DNA of 64,000 nucleotides from the NCBI GenBank assembly GCA_049860595.1, contig CP187551.1; one strand, given 5' to 3'. This document shows positions 62,749 to 64,000 of this stretch, in pieces (position 1 is the first letter of the stretch; the number at the start of each line of letters is the position of its first letter). Below the pieces are notes generated by a model, which had not been told where the DNA came from, made no database searches, and worked only from the letters and a program-made list of their open reading frames with translations. Both the position numbers and the translations under genes were made by a program. Source of the DNA: Methanocaldococcus sp. 16A. Lineage in GTDB: Archaea; AGJL01; Methanococci; Methanococcales; Methanocaldococcaceae.

Positions 62749-63117
62749 TTAATCCTCTTTTAGTATTACAGAGCTTTTGAGTGTTTTATATTTTTTATAT
62801 AAAATTATAGAAACCCCAAGCATCACAGCAAGCATTGAAGCCTCTATAACTATATTTGTCAAAACCAAAGCATGTGTTAGTGGATAAGTAGATTCTTTAG
62901 CAAAAACCTCTACAGGAACTCCAGGAAGTTTTATTGGTATTGTTCCACCATTATAACCAATTGTAATAAGGGCTAAATTAACTCCACTACCTAAAATCTC
63001 CAAAGCAATGATTTTTTTCAAAACATTATCAACAAAAAACACTCCATATAATCCAATAATAACTAAAAGCCCAGAAGTGATGAATGATGCTGTTTGAAAA
63101 TCCATCCTACCCACCAA
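62749..63117 (-). CDS. ehbE: Ehb MnhC-like subunit
   Basis: LKKIIAL, PLTHALVLTNIVI. Confidence 0.8.
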   Translation of the reverse strand: MVGRMDFQTASFITSGLLVIIGLYGVFFVDNVLKKIIALEILGSGVNLALITIGYNGGTIPIKLPGVPVEVFAKESTYPLTHALVLTNIVIEASMLAVMLGVSIILYKKYKTLKSSVILKED

Positions 63118-63184
63118 AAATTTATCATTATTATTAATGACAGATTAGGTTTAACAGTATATAAATATTACGTTAGCCAAAAAG

Positions 63185-63519
63185 GAGGTTGTCAAGATAA
63201 AAAGTTTAATAATGGATGTGTAAAATAGGAGAATATGAAGCTTACGATAGTATATTAAAATTTTGCTCGAATAAACCAAAGATTTTAGTCGATGGTAGTA
63301 AATGGTATCCGTGGGCATTGCAGAAATTAGGCTTAAAATTCGAAAGAGTTCGATTCGGATTAAGAAATTGCGTAGAAAGCTTCTTCTCCCTACTCAAACG
63401 AAGAACGAAGTCTTTCTATAACAGATTCCCTAATAATTCCAAATTTAATACAATTATTAGCTGGTTTAAATCCTTCATCTCCTTCTATAATTGACTCCTA
63501 TCCTTATCTTGACAGTCTC
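63185..63519 (+). mobile_element. Non-autonomous IS6-family deletion derivative (335 bp)
   Basis: Inverted ends GAGGTTGTCAAGATAA / TTATCTTGACAGTCTC; flanking direct repeat GCCAAAAAG (63176-63184, 63520-63528); ORF 63216-63494 has C-terminal DDE fragment [12 protein letters not shown]...[14 protein letters not shown]. Confidence 0.9.
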
Positions 63520-63616
63520 GCCAAAAAGGTAAATGCTATAAAAAACATAAAAGACATAACTGTTATTTTAGAATCTAAAATTAAATTAAGACAAAAAATT
63601 AAATGGGTGTTAGATT

Positions 63617-64000
63617 ATGAGGTTTGGAGTTTCATCATTAGTTTTTTTACCAGAAAGTTTAACTTCCTCAATGGAAAAAATAGCTGAACACAACTTTGAT
63701 GCATGGGAGGTTGTTTGTGAAGGTACTCATTACCTATCTCCAAAGAACATAAAGTATCTTATGGAATTAAGAGATAGATATGAGGTTGAAATTGTAGTGC
63801 ATGCACCTTTTTCAGATTTAAATCCAGCATCAATGAATGAGAGAGTTAGAAGATTAACGGTTGAGTGTATTAGAGATGCTATAGAGGGAGCTTTTGAACT
63901 TGATTCTGAAGTTGTTGTAGTACATCCTGGCTATATTCCAGAGCTTTGGAGTAACTATGTAAATGATATATTAGATAACAATTTCTCAACACTATCTGAG
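63617..64000 (+). CDS. Sugar phosphate isomerase/AP endonuclease 2 family TIM barrel, truncated by window end
   Basis: MRFGVSS..., VHAPFSDLNPAS, VVVHPG. Confidence 0.85.
   Translation, partial: MRFGVSSLVFLPESLTSSMEKIAEHNFDAWEVVCEGTHYLSPKNIKYLMELRDRYEVEIVVHAPFSDLNPASMNERVRRLTVECIRDAIEGAFELDSEVVVVHPGYIPELWSNYVNDILDNNFSTLSE

Overview
AT-rich window from a hyperthermophilic methanogenic archaeon, almost certainly Methanocaldococcus: many proteins closely resemble M. jannaschii ones, ribosome-binding sites are GGTGA, and the CRISPR repeat is Methanocaldococcus-type. Most of it is core genome: K+ channels, hom, carS, cobT, eIF6/L31e, mfnA, pth2, split SelU, RqcH, bioWF/DA, pyrI, purT, a liv-type ABC transporter, hacB, queD, bpsA, dph5, ilvD, leuD, thrC and ehbE-L. 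Accessory material: (1) a multi-TM KAP NTPase and a divergent AAA ATPase/PD-(D/E)XK nuclease inserted inside the biotin cluster; (2) a decayed patch with HAD and apgM pseudogenes, a holin-like membrane protein, AGOG and an orphan membrane protein; (3) a 28-repeat CRISPR array with no cas genes in the window; (4) a short IS6 derivative and an IS481 remnant; (5) three families of small palindromic MITE-like elements, one showing 7-bp target duplications. The best candidate for an undescribed system is the TM-KAP plus ATPase-nuclease pair. Notable fine-scale signals are an apparent ATT start codon and an NrpR-type operator that distinguish two tandem ABC binding-protein paralogs. All family assignments come from motif recognition and memory; no searches were run.
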